Source of the DNA: Kiloniellales bacterium
Lineage (GTDB): Bacteria > Pseudomonadota > Alphaproteobacteria > Kiloniellales > JAKSDN01
Length of the DNA stretch: 64,000 nt
Assembly: GCA_030064845.1 (NCBI GenBank)
Contig: JASJEC010000002.1
Span: forward strand, 62,781 to 126,780
Direction of reading: 5' to 3'
Positions 14,858 through 22,779 of the stretch are shown one piece after another. The first letter of the stretch is position 1. Every line of letters starts with the position of its first letter. Below the pieces are notes generated by a model. That model was not told the DNA's origin, searched no databases, and saw only the letters and a list, made by a program, of their open reading frames with translations. Position numbers and translations under genes: made by a program.

Positions 14858-15768
14858 TCGATCCGCCCGATCGAATAGAGGTCGCTGGGCGTGATGGTCA
14901 GGTCGTACCCCAGCTTGGCGCAGACCGCGAGCACCATGGCGGCCAGCAGGATGCGCAGCTGCTCGCCGCGCAGCTTGGCCCCCGCCTTGGCGCCGAGTTG
15001 TGCGCCGATCACCGCCCCGATCAGCAGCAGCAGGGCGAGCACCACGTCGACCGTCTGGTTGGCGTAGGCCTGCAGGAAGGTGACGTTGGCGGTCACGAAG
15101 ATGATCTGGAACAGCGAGGTGCCGACCACCACCGAGGTCGGCATGCCGAGCAGGTAGATCATCGCCGGCACCATGATGAAGCCGCCCCCGACGCCCATGA
15201 TCGCGGCCAGCACGCCGACCACGAAGCCGACCCCGACCGGCAGCAGCGCCGAGATGTAGAGCTTGGAGCGCCGGAACCGCATCTTGAACGGCAGGCCGTG
15301 GATCCAGGTGTGCTTGTGCAGCTTGCCTCGGGAGGCCGCCTGGGCGCGGTGGCGGAGTAGCGCCTTGAGGCTCTCGACGAACATCAGCGCGCCGATGATG
15401 CCGAGGAAGGTGACGTAGCTGAGCTTGATCACCAGGTCGATCTGGCCGAGCGTCCTGAGCAGCGCGAACAGCCAGACCCCGAAGGTCGAGCCCAGGAGAC
15501 CGCCGACCAGCAGCATGGCGCCCATCTTGAAGTCGACGTTTCCACGCTTCCAGTGAGCCAGCACGCCGGACACCGAGGAGGCGACGATCTGGTTCGCCTC
15601 GGTGCCGACCGCGACCGCCGGGGGGATGCCGATGAAGATCAGGATCGGGGTCATGAGGAAGCCGCCGCCGACGCCGAACAGCCCGGAAAGAAAGCCGATC
15701 GCGCCGCCCAAGCCGAGCAGCAGGAAGGCGTTCACGGACATCTCGGCGATCGGCAGATAGATCTGCAT
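14854..15768 (-). CDS. TauE/SafE-family (DUF81) anion exporter
   Basis: Start chosen at ATG 15768 (MQIYLPIAEMSVNAFLLLGLGGAIGFLSGLFGVGGGFLMTPILIF). It is a polytopic membrane protein with duplicated GxGGG motifs. Confidence 0.8.
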   Translation of the reverse strand: MQIYLPIAEMSVNAFLLLGLGGAIGFLSGLFGVGGGFLMTPILIFIGIPPAVAVGTEANQIVASSVSGVLAHWKRGNVDFKMGAMLLVGGLLGSTFGVWLFALLRTLGQIDLVIKLSYVTFLGIIGALMFVESLKALLRHRAQAASRGKLHKHTWIHGLPFKMRFRRSKLYISALLPVGVGFVVGVLAAIMGVGGGFIMVPAMIYLLGMPTSVVVGTSLFQIIFVTANVTFLQAYANQTVDVVLALLLLIGAVIGAQLGAKAGAKLRGEQLRILLAAMVLAVCAKLGYDLTITPSDLYSIGRIE

Positions 15769-15995
15769 CGTTCGGAGCTTTGACCGGCCGGATAAGCCAA
15801 ACAAGCGAGACGCGCGGGCTGTCCCCGGCGCGGACCCGGCGGCTGAAGCCGCCGGGAACACCCGTCGGGACCCGGCCGGAAGCTTACTGCCTGGAATCGC
15901 GAACGCCAATGGCCTGCCCGGGGGCGAGGCCGAAATTTTGCAATGGTTTCAGCAGGTCGCGGGCTGGAGCCCGGCCTTTTCTACGCAGGCGGGCG

Positions 15996-17024
15996 TCAGG
16001 GCCGCAGGAAGCCGACGATGTCCTTGACCTCCTGGAGGATCGGCTCGGCGATCGCCCGGGCACGCTCGGCACCGTCGGCGAGGACCGCATCGACGCCGGC
16101 CGGGTCGCCGACCAGCCGCTTCATCTCGGCGCCCACGGGCCCGAAGCGGGCGACCGCCAGGTCGGTCAGGACCGCCTTGAACTGGGAGAACTGGGCGCCC
16201 TCGAACTCGCCGACCACCTCGGCCTCGGTCCGCTCGGCGAGCGCCGCGTAGATGCCGAGCAGGTTGCAGGCCTCGGGCCGCTCGGCCCGGAAGGCCGAGC
16301 TGAACGCCCCCTTCTCGTCCAGGACCTCGGCCCCGGGCAAGGGGTGGGGGTCGGTCGTCGCCTTGCGGATTTTCTTCCGAATCGCGTCGGCGTCGTCTGT
16401 CATGTTGATCCGGCTCATCTCCGAGGGCTCGGACTTGCTCATCTTCTTGCTGCCGTCGCGCAGGCTCATGACCCGGGTGGCGGCGCCCAGGATCAGCGGC
16501 TCGGTCAGGGGAAAGAACTCGACGCCGAAGTCGTTGTTGAACTTCTGGGCGATGTCGCGCATCAGCTCGAGATGCTGCTTCTGGTCCTCGCCGACCGGCA
16601 CGTGGGTCGCCTTGTAGACCAGCACGTCGGCGGCCATGAGGTTAGGGTAGACGTAGAGCCCGGCGCTCGCCTTCTCGCGGTTCTTGCCCGCCTTCTCCTT
16701 GAACTGGGTCATCCGGTTGAGCCAGCCGAGGCGCGCCACGCAGTTGAAGATCCAGGCCAGCTCGGCGTGGGCCGGGACCTGGCTCTGGTTGAATACGATG
16801 CAGCGTTCGGGATCGACGCCCGCGGCCAGGAAGCCGGCCGTCACCTCGCGGGTGCTGTGGCGCAGCTCGGCCGGGTCCTGCCACTGGGTGATGGCGTGCA
16901 GATCGACCACGCAGTAGATGCACTCGTAGTCGCCCTGCAGCGCGACGAAGTTGCGGATCGCGCCCAGGTAATTGCCGAGATGAAGATTGCCGGTGGGCTG
17001 CACGCCCGAAAAGATCCGCTTCAT
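15996..17024 (-). CDS. trpS: tryptophan--tRNA ligase
   Basis: These are the C-terminal 342 codons of the 901-aa ORF, starting at ATG 17024. Signatures are [16 protein letters not shown] (HIGH-type) and KMSKSEP (KMSKS). Confidence 0.95.
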   Translation of the reverse strand: MKRIFSGVQPTGNLHLGNYLGAIRNFVALQGDYECIYCVVDLHAITQWQDPAELRHSTREVTAGFLAAGVDPERCIVFNQSQVPAHAELAWIFNCVARLGWLNRMTQFKEKAGKNREKASAGLYVYPNLMAADVLVYKATHVPVGEDQKQHLELMRDIAQKFNNDFGVEFFPLTEPLILGAATRVMSLRDGSKKMSKSEPSEMSRINMTDDADAIRKKIRKATTDPHPLPGAEVLDEKGAFSSAFRAERPEACNLLGIYAALAERTEAEVVGEFEGAQFSQFKAVLTDLAVARFGPVGAEMKRLVGDPAGVDAVLADGAERARAIAEPILQEVKDIVGFLRP

Positions 17025-17095
17025 GGCCCCCGCGCCGCTTTTCCTGCCTGACTTCTGGCGAAGCCGCGCGGTTATCGCCGCTGGGCCGGAGGCGG

Positions 17096-18646
17096 TCAAG
17101 GGCGCCGGGAGACCAGCCCGCGGACGTCGGACAGGCTGGCCGCCCGGAGCAGCAGGACGAGCAGCCCGTAGAGCGCCAGCCCGCCGGCCACGAGCATCGC
17201 CAGCGCGGCCGCCTTGGACCAAAGGGCGCCGGCCAGCCAGCCCTGCAGCGCCTCGGCGCCGGCCCAGAGCCCGGCGCCCATGAGCCCGCTGGCCAGAACG
17301 ATCCGCGGAATCCGCCGGATCAGCCGGGCGTCGAACACCAGGTGGCGGCGCTTGCCGAGGTGGAGCCCCAGAAGGAGCGTGTTGACCCAGGCGGCCGCGG
17401 CGGTCGCCAGCGCCAGGCCGACGTGGCCCCAGCCGAGCGGGAAGAACAGCAGCAGCGCCAGGACGATGTTGGTGGCGACCGAGACCGCGCCGTAGATCAG
17501 CGGCGTCTTGGTGTCCTCGCGGGCGAAGAAGCCCGGCTGCAGCACCTTGACCAGCACGTAGGCGGGCAGGCCGAGCGCGAAGGCCGCGAGCGCCACGGCG
17601 GTGGCCTCGCTGGCCGCCGGCCCGAAGGCGCCGTGCTGGAACAGCACGACGATGATCGGCTTGGCGATCACCGCCAGCGCGACCGCCGCCGGCAGGGCGA
17701 AGAGCAGGGAGAACTCCACGCCGCGGTTGAAGCTCGCCATGGCCTCGGCGTCTTCGCCGGCGCGCAGCTTGCGCGACAGGTCGGGCAGCAGGACGATGCC
17801 GAAGGCGATGCCGATCAGCCCCAGCGGCAGCTGGTAGATGCGGTCGGCGTAGTAGAGGAAGGAGACCGCGCCCTCCTGGAAGGTCGCGATGTTGGTGCCG
17901 ACCAGGAGGTTGATCTGCAGCACGGCGGCGGCCAGCAGGCCGGGCCCCATGAGGGCCAGCAGCCGGCGCATGCCCGGGGTCAGGCGCGGGCGGCGTAGCC
18001 TCAGCTTCATGCCGGCGCGCCAGGCCGCGACCGCGACCACGGCGCACTGGGCGACGCCAGCCAGGGTGACGGTCCAGGCCAGCACCGGGCCTTCGTTGCC
18101 GACAAAGGGAATGACCAGCAGCAGGGCGGCGATCAGGAAGACGTTGAGGAGGATCGGCGCCCCGGCCGCCGCCTTGAAGCGGTAGAGCGCATTCAGCACC
18201 CCGCCGTAGAGCGCCATCAGCGCGATGAACATGAGATAGGGGAAGGTGATCCGGCTGAGCTCGACGCCGAGCGCGTACTTCGCCTCGTCCTGCAGGAAGC
18301 CCGAGCCGATCACCACGATGAACCAGGGCATGGTGACGATCACCACGACGGTCAGGACGATCAGCACCAGGGTGAGCAGCGCGAGCGCCTCTTCCGCGAA
18401 GTCCCGGGCCGCGGCCTCGCCCTCCTGCTCCAGGCGCCGGGCGAAGAGCGGCACGAAGGCCGCGTTGAAGGCGCCCTCGCCGAACACGCGGCGGAACAGG
18501 TTGGGCAGGCGGAAGGCGACGAAGAACACGTCGGCGACGACACCGGTCCCCAGGGTCTGGGCGATCAGGATATCGCGGACGAAGCCGAGGACCCGGCTGC
18601 CCGCGGTCCAGACGCTGACCGTCAGCATGTTCTTGAGAAGCGCCAT
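17096..18646 (-). CDS. murJ: lipid II flippase MurJ
   Basis: 516 aa. [52 protein letters not shown] is the MurJ N-terminal signature. The protein is polytopic. Confidence 0.95.
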   Translation of the reverse strand: MALLKNMLTVSVWTAGSRVLGFVRDILIAQTLGTGVVADVFFVAFRLPNLFRRVFGEGAFNAAFVPLFARRLEQEGEAAARDFAEEALALLTLVLIVLTVVVIVTMPWFIVVIGSGFLQDEAKYALGVELSRITFPYLMFIALMALYGGVLNALYRFKAAAGAPILLNVFLIAALLLVIPFVGNEGPVLAWTVTLAGVAQCAVVAVAAWRAGMKLRLRRPRLTPGMRRLLALMGPGLLAAAVLQINLLVGTNIATFQEGAVSFLYYADRIYQLPLGLIGIAFGIVLLPDLSRKLRAGEDAEAMASFNRGVEFSLLFALPAAVALAVIAKPIIVVLFQHGAFGPAASEATAVALAAFALGLPAYVLVKVLQPGFFAREDTKTPLIYGAVSVATNIVLALLLFFPLGWGHVGLALATAAAAWVNTLLLGLHLGKRRHLVFDARLIRRIPRIVLASGLMGAGLWAGAEALQGWLAGALWSKAAALAMLVAGGLALYGLLVLLLRAASLSDVRGLVSRRP

Positions 18647-18694
18647 AAGTGGAACCGCTTCGGTATGGACAGGCGAGCAGCGCCCTATGCGGCG

Positions 18695-18789
18695 CCATCA
18701 CCCTTCGACAGGCTCAGGGTGAGGGTGATTCGCTTCCCAGAAAAGCGTCCTCATCCTGAGCTTGTCGAAGGATGACCGTGATCAAGGGC
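18695..18789. repeat. palindromic intergenic repeat, family A, copy 1
   Basis: Arms are CACCCTTCGACAGGCTCAGGGTGAGG and CCTCATCCTGAGCTTGTCGAAGGATG, plus the tail ACCGTGATCAAGGG. A 40-nt block is identical to copy 3. Confidence 0.85.
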
Positions 18790-18829
18790 TCTTACCCTCT
18801 GACGGGATGATGCGCAAACTGTGGCGGGA

Positions 18830-21784
18830 TCAGGACGCGGCGGCGGTCTTCCGGCGGGCCCTGGGCTTTGGTTTTGCGGCGGGGGGCTTGGCCGGTGCCT
18901 TCTTGGCGATGGGCTTCTTGGTGACGGGCGGCTTGACCTTGGCGTCGGGGGCGGCGGCGCGGCGCGCCCGCACCGGTTCCTTGGCGGCCGGCAGGCAGTC
19001 GGGCTGGGCGAGCGCTTCGAGCAGACGCTCGCGCAGCCGCTTGATCTTGGCCTCGCTCTCGAGCTTATCGCCCAGCGCGGTGTTGACGTAGAAGACGTCG
19101 ACCGCGCGCTCGCCGTAGGTCGAGATCTTGGCGCTGTGGATGATCAGCTGCTGCTTGGTCAGCGCCAGGGTGACGTCGAACAGCAGGCCCGGCCGGTCGC
19201 GGCCGTTGACCTCGACCACGGTGTAGTCGGCGCTCGCCTTGTTGTCGATCAGCACCCGGGGCTGAACCTGAAACAGGCGGTAGCGGCTCGGCAGGGTCGA
19301 GCGGCGCTGGGCCAGCTCGCGGTCGGGGCGCAGGCGGCCGGCCAGGATCTGCTCGATCGAGGCGCTCAGCTTGGCGAGGCGGTCGGGACGCTCGAAGGGG
19401 CCGCCGGTGGCGTCGCGGACGTAGAAGCTGTCGAGCGCCATGCCGTTCCGGAGCGTGAAGATGCGCGCGGCGTCGATCGAGGCGCCGGCGACCGCGAGCG
19501 CGCCGGCGATGCGGCTGAACAGCCCCGGGTGGTCCGAGGCGTAGACCGTGACCTCGGTCGCCGCGCGGTAGCTGTCCAGCCGGGTCTCGACGGTGAGCGC
19601 CCGCCCCTCGCGCTCGGCTGCCCGGACCATCTCGGCGTGGCGCTGGTGGGTGTCGGTGTCGCAGGACAGCCAGTACTGCGGATAGCCCCGCGCCAGGTGG
19701 GCAGCGACGTCCTTCTTGGTCCAGCCGGTCAGGCGGTCCTTCAGGGCCTCCTTGGCGGCCTTGACCCGCCGCTGCCGGCCCTCCGTGGTCAGGCCGCCGG
19801 AGAGGTACTCCTCGGTGCGCCAGTAGAGCTCGCGCAGCAGCGCCGCCTTCCAGTTGTTCCAGGTGTTGGGGCCGACCGCCCGGATGTCGGCGACGGTCAG
19901 CACCAGGAGCAGGTTGAGCCGCTCGGTCGACTGCACCAGGTCGCCGAAGGTCTCGATCGTGCGCGGGTCGTCGATGTCGCGCTTGAAGGCCGTATCGCTC
20001 ATGGCGAGGTGGTGCAGCACCAGCCAGGCGACGGTCTCGGTCTCCTCGTCGCTCAGGCCGAGGCGCGGGCCGAGCCTCTCGGCCACCTTGGCGCCCAGCT
20101 CGGAGTGGTCGCCCGGCCGCCCCTTGGCGATGTCGTGCAGCAAGACCGCGAGATAGAGCACCCGGCGGCTCAGCACCTTGTGCACCACCTCGCTGGCGAT
20201 CGGCGCCTCCTCGGCCAGGCGGCCCCGCTCGATGCCGTGTAGGATGCCGAGCGCGAAGAGCGTGTGCTCGTCGACCGTGAAGGAGTGGTACATGTTGTAC
20301 TGCATCAGGGCGACGACCCGGCCGAAGTCGGGGATGAAGCGGCCGAAGACGCCGGCCTCGTTCATGCGGCGCAGCGCCGGCTCGGGGTCCTTCTCGGCGG
20401 TCAGGATCTCCATGAAGATGCGGTTGGCCGCCGGGTCGCGGCGCAGCGCCTCGTCGACCCGGTTGAGGCTCTGGGCAATCCAGCGCAGCACCCGGGGGTG
20501 TATGTCCAGGTCGTGGTCCTGGGCCACCTTGAAGATGCGCAGCATCTCGACCGGCTTCTCGGCGAAGACTTCGGGGCCGGCGACGCTGAGCCGCTCGCCC
20601 TCGACCTTGAAGCCCGAGATCCGGCGCCGGCTCATCAGGCTCGGCAGCCGGAAGCGCGCCGCCCGGCTGTGCTCGGCCTCGAGCGCGGCGCAGAACACGC
20701 GGGTCAGGTTGCCGACGTCCTTGGCGACCAGGAAGTACTGCTTCATGAAGCGCTCGACGCCGCGCGCCCCGCCCTTGTCGCGGTAGCCCATGAGCTCGGC
20801 GACCGCGATCTGGCGGTCGAAGGTCAGCCGCTCCTCGGCCCGCCCCGCCAGGTAGTGCAGGTGGCAGCGCACGGTCCAGAGGAAGTCCTGGGCCTTGGTG
20901 AAGCGGCGGTATTCCCGCGCCGTGAAGACCCCGTGGCCGACCAGGCGCGAGAGGTCGTCGACCTTGTAGACGTACTTGGCGATCCAGAACAGCGTGTGGA
21001 GGTCGCGCAGACCCCCCTTGCCCTCCTTGATGTTGGGCTCCAGCGCGTAGCGCGAATCGCCCTGCCGCCTATGTCGGGTGTCGCGCTCGGCCAGCTTGGC
21101 CTCGATGAAGCCGATCGCGCCGCGCGCCTGGAACTGCTTCTGGAACCTCTGGCGGAGCTCCAGGTAGAGCCCCTGGTCGCCCCAGAGGAAGCGGCTCTCC
21201 AGCAGCGCCGTGCGGATCGTGACGTCGCCCTTGGCGGCGCGCAGGCACTCGTCCAGCGAGCGCACCGCCTGGCCGACCTTGAGGCCCAGGTCCCAGAGCA
21301 GGTAGAGCACGGATTCGATCACCTGCTCGCTGCGCGGGGTCATCTTGTAGGGCAGCAGAAAGAGGATATCGACGTCGGAGTAGGGCGCCATCTCGCCCCG
21401 GCCGTAGCCGCCGACCGCGATCATGGCCAGGCGCTCGCCCTCGGAGGGGTTGGCCAGCGGATAGTGCCGGGCCGCCTGGTCGTAGGCGGCGCGCAGGATC
21501 TGGTCGATCAGGAAGCAGTTGTCGCGGACCGCCCTGGCCCCGCCGCTGCCGGGCCTGGCGGGGCCGGCGGCAGCGCCCCCGGCCTCGAAGCGCCGGCGCA
21601 CCTCGGCGCGCCCCGCCTCCAGCGCCGACCTGAGGCGCCCGAGCACCTCGGACCGCTCCCGGTCCGGCGGCAGCCCGGCCTCGGCCAGCGCGGCGAGCTC
21701 GGCCGACAGCGCCGCGCGGTCGATGATCCCGCGCCGCCGTTCGGCCTGCGGCCGCTTCGGGCGTTCTTTGGTCAGGGCGTCCAT
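18830..21784 (-). CDS. glnD: bifunctional [protein-PII] uridylyltransferase / uridylyl-removing enzyme GlnD
   Basis: Start chosen at ATG 21784 (MDALTKERPK...). It has a nucleotidyltransferase domain (AVGGYGRGEMAPYSDVDILFL), an HD domain (LLHDIAKG) and two ACT-like C-terminal domains. A 59-aa AKP-rich tail follows. Confidence 0.9.
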   Translation of the reverse strand: MDALTKERPKRPQAERRRGIIDRAALSAELAALAEAGLPPDRERSEVLGRLRSALEAGRAEVRRRFEAGGAAAGPARPGSGGARAVRDNCFLIDQILRAAYDQAARHYPLANPSEGERLAMIAVGGYGRGEMAPYSDVDILFLLPYKMTPRSEQVIESVLYLLWDLGLKVGQAVRSLDECLRAAKGDVTIRTALLESRFLWGDQGLYLELRQRFQKQFQARGAIGFIEAKLAERDTRHRRQGDSRYALEPNIKEGKGGLRDLHTLFWIAKYVYKVDDLSRLVGHGVFTAREYRRFTKAQDFLWTVRCHLHYLAGRAEERLTFDRQIAVAELMGYRDKGGARGVERFMKQYFLVAKDVGNLTRVFCAALEAEHSRAARFRLPSLMSRRRISGFKVEGERLSVAGPEVFAEKPVEMLRIFKVAQDHDLDIHPRVLRWIAQSLNRVDEALRRDPAANRIFMEILTAEKDPEPALRRMNEAGVFGRFIPDFGRVVALMQYNMYHSFTVDEHTLFALGILHGIERGRLAEEAPIASEVVHKVLSRRVLYLAVLLHDIAKGRPGDHSELGAKVAERLGPRLGLSDEETETVAWLVLHHLAMSDTAFKRDIDDPRTIETFGDLVQSTERLNLLLVLTVADIRAVGPNTWNNWKAALLRELYWRTEEYLSGGLTTEGRQRRVKAAKEALKDRLTGWTKKDVAAHLARGYPQYWLSCDTDTHQRHAEMVRAAEREGRALTVETRLDSYRAATEVTVYASDHPGLFSRIAGALAVAGASIDAARIFTLRNGMALDSFYVRDATGGPFERPDRLAKLSASIEQILAGRLRPDRELAQRRSTLPSRYRLFQVQPRVLIDNKASADYTVVEVNGRDRPGLLFDVTLALTKQQLIIHSAKISTYGERAVDVFYVNTALGDKLESEAKIKRLRERLLEALAQPDCLPAAKEPVRARRAAAPDAKVKPPVTKKPIAKKAPAKPPAAKPKPRARRKTAAAS

Positions 21785-21936
21785 AGGCTCATTATGGCAC
21801 GAAGTTGCTTCCGCGGATCTTTTCACGCAGCGGGCGCGAACGCGCAAGGGGCAGCCCCGGACCAGTTCCCGATTCTTGAAGCGCCGACGACCACGGCCCA
21901 AGTCCTGTCCAGTTCCAAGGGCGAGGAGGCGAGGCG

Positions 21937-22581
21937 ATGGAAGCGGATTTCTGGCACGAGCGCTGGGAGACCAACCAGCTCGGCTTTCACGAGCGCGACG
22001 GCAACGCCATGCTGGTCGCCAACTTCCGCGCGCTCGGCCTGGCGCCAGGGGCCCGGGTCTTCGTGCCGCTCTGCGGCAAGACCCGCGATATCGCCTGGCT
22101 GCTCGCCCAAGGCCACCGGGTCGCCGGCGCCGAGCTCAGCAAGCTGGCGGTCGACCAGCTCTTCGAAGACCTGGGCGTCGCGCCCGAGGTCGCCGAAGCC
22201 GGCGACCTTCTGCACTACCGCGCGCCTGATCTCGACATCTTCGTTGGCGACATCTTCGCGCTCACCCGCGCGGCGCTCGGCCCGGTCGACGCGGTCTACG
22301 ACCGCGCCGCCCTGGTCGCCTTCCCCGAGGCGATGCGCGGGCCCTACGCCGCCCACCTCCACGCCCTTACCGGCGGGGCCCCGCAGCTCCTGCTGTGCTT
22401 CGAATACGACCAGACCATCATGCCCGGCCCGCCCTTCTCCCTCGAGGAAGCGGAGGTGCGTCGGGTCCACGGCGCGAACTACGCCCTCGCCCCGGTCGCC
22501 AGCGCCGAGGTGAAGGGCGGCCTGAAGGGCAAGGCCCCGGCCCTGGAGACTGTCTGGCTGCTAAAGGCTTCCGTCGCGTAG
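21937..22581 (+). CDS. tpm: thiopurine S-methyltransferase family protein
   Basis: 214 aa. FWHERWETNQLGFHE...RVFVPLCGKTRDIAWLLAQGHRVAGAELS is the TPMT signature. Confidence 0.85.
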   Translation: MEADFWHERWETNQLGFHERDGNAMLVANFRALGLAPGARVFVPLCGKTRDIAWLLAQGHRVAGAELSKLAVDQLFEDLGVAPEVAEAGDLLHYRAPDLDIFVGDIFALTRAALGPVDAVYDRAALVAFPEAMRGPYAAHLHALTGGAPQLLLCFEYDQTIMPGPPFSLEEAEVRRVHGANYALAPVASAEVKGGLKGKAPALETVWLLKASVA

Positions 22582-22621
22582 AAGCCGAAAGTCGCGGCCC
22601 CAATCAATCGTGCTCCTCTTT

Positions 22622-22722
22622 GTCATTCGCGGGCGTGACCCGCGAATCCAGGGGTTGGTTCGACCACCATCGTCGCCGCCGTAAACCAACGCCTGGATGC
22701 CCGGATCAAGTCCGGGCATGAC
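22622..22722. repeat. palindromic intergenic repeat, family B, copy 1
   Basis: The left arm is GTCATTCGCGGGCGTGACCCGCGAATCCAGGGG. The right arm is CCTGGATGCCCGGATCAAGTCCGGGCATGAC. Each arm has its own hairpin, and the arms are mutually inverted. Confidence 0.8.
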
Positions 22723-22779
22723 GAAATGGGGTGCGTCAGCATCGGGGGTCCCTTAGCAAAAACACGCGTTAAGCCCCCT

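Noticed and set aside
13421-14878. 485-aa plus-strand ORF beginning at the excellent AGGAGG-N6-ATG inside the mosaic element
   Set aside because: Beyond about codon 67 it runs antisense through uspA and the TIGR02186-like gene with low-complexity translation. A real 485-aa protein is implausible. The SD-ATG itself is kept as an observation, since a short peptide or leader cannot be excluded.
15930-15990. GC-rich segment followed by TTTT (GCGGGCTGGAGCCCGGCCTTTTCT) resembling a plus-strand terminator
   Set aside because: No plus-strand gene ends here. The potential stem has an unworkably small loop. On the relevant minus strand (downstream of trpS) there is no U-tract.
15996-18701. 901-aa minus-strand ORF suggesting a giant fusion protein
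   Set aside because: Only the last 342 codons (from ATG 17024) are TrpS. The upstream 559 codons are an alternative frame running through murJ, which is encoded in a different frame at 17096-18646.
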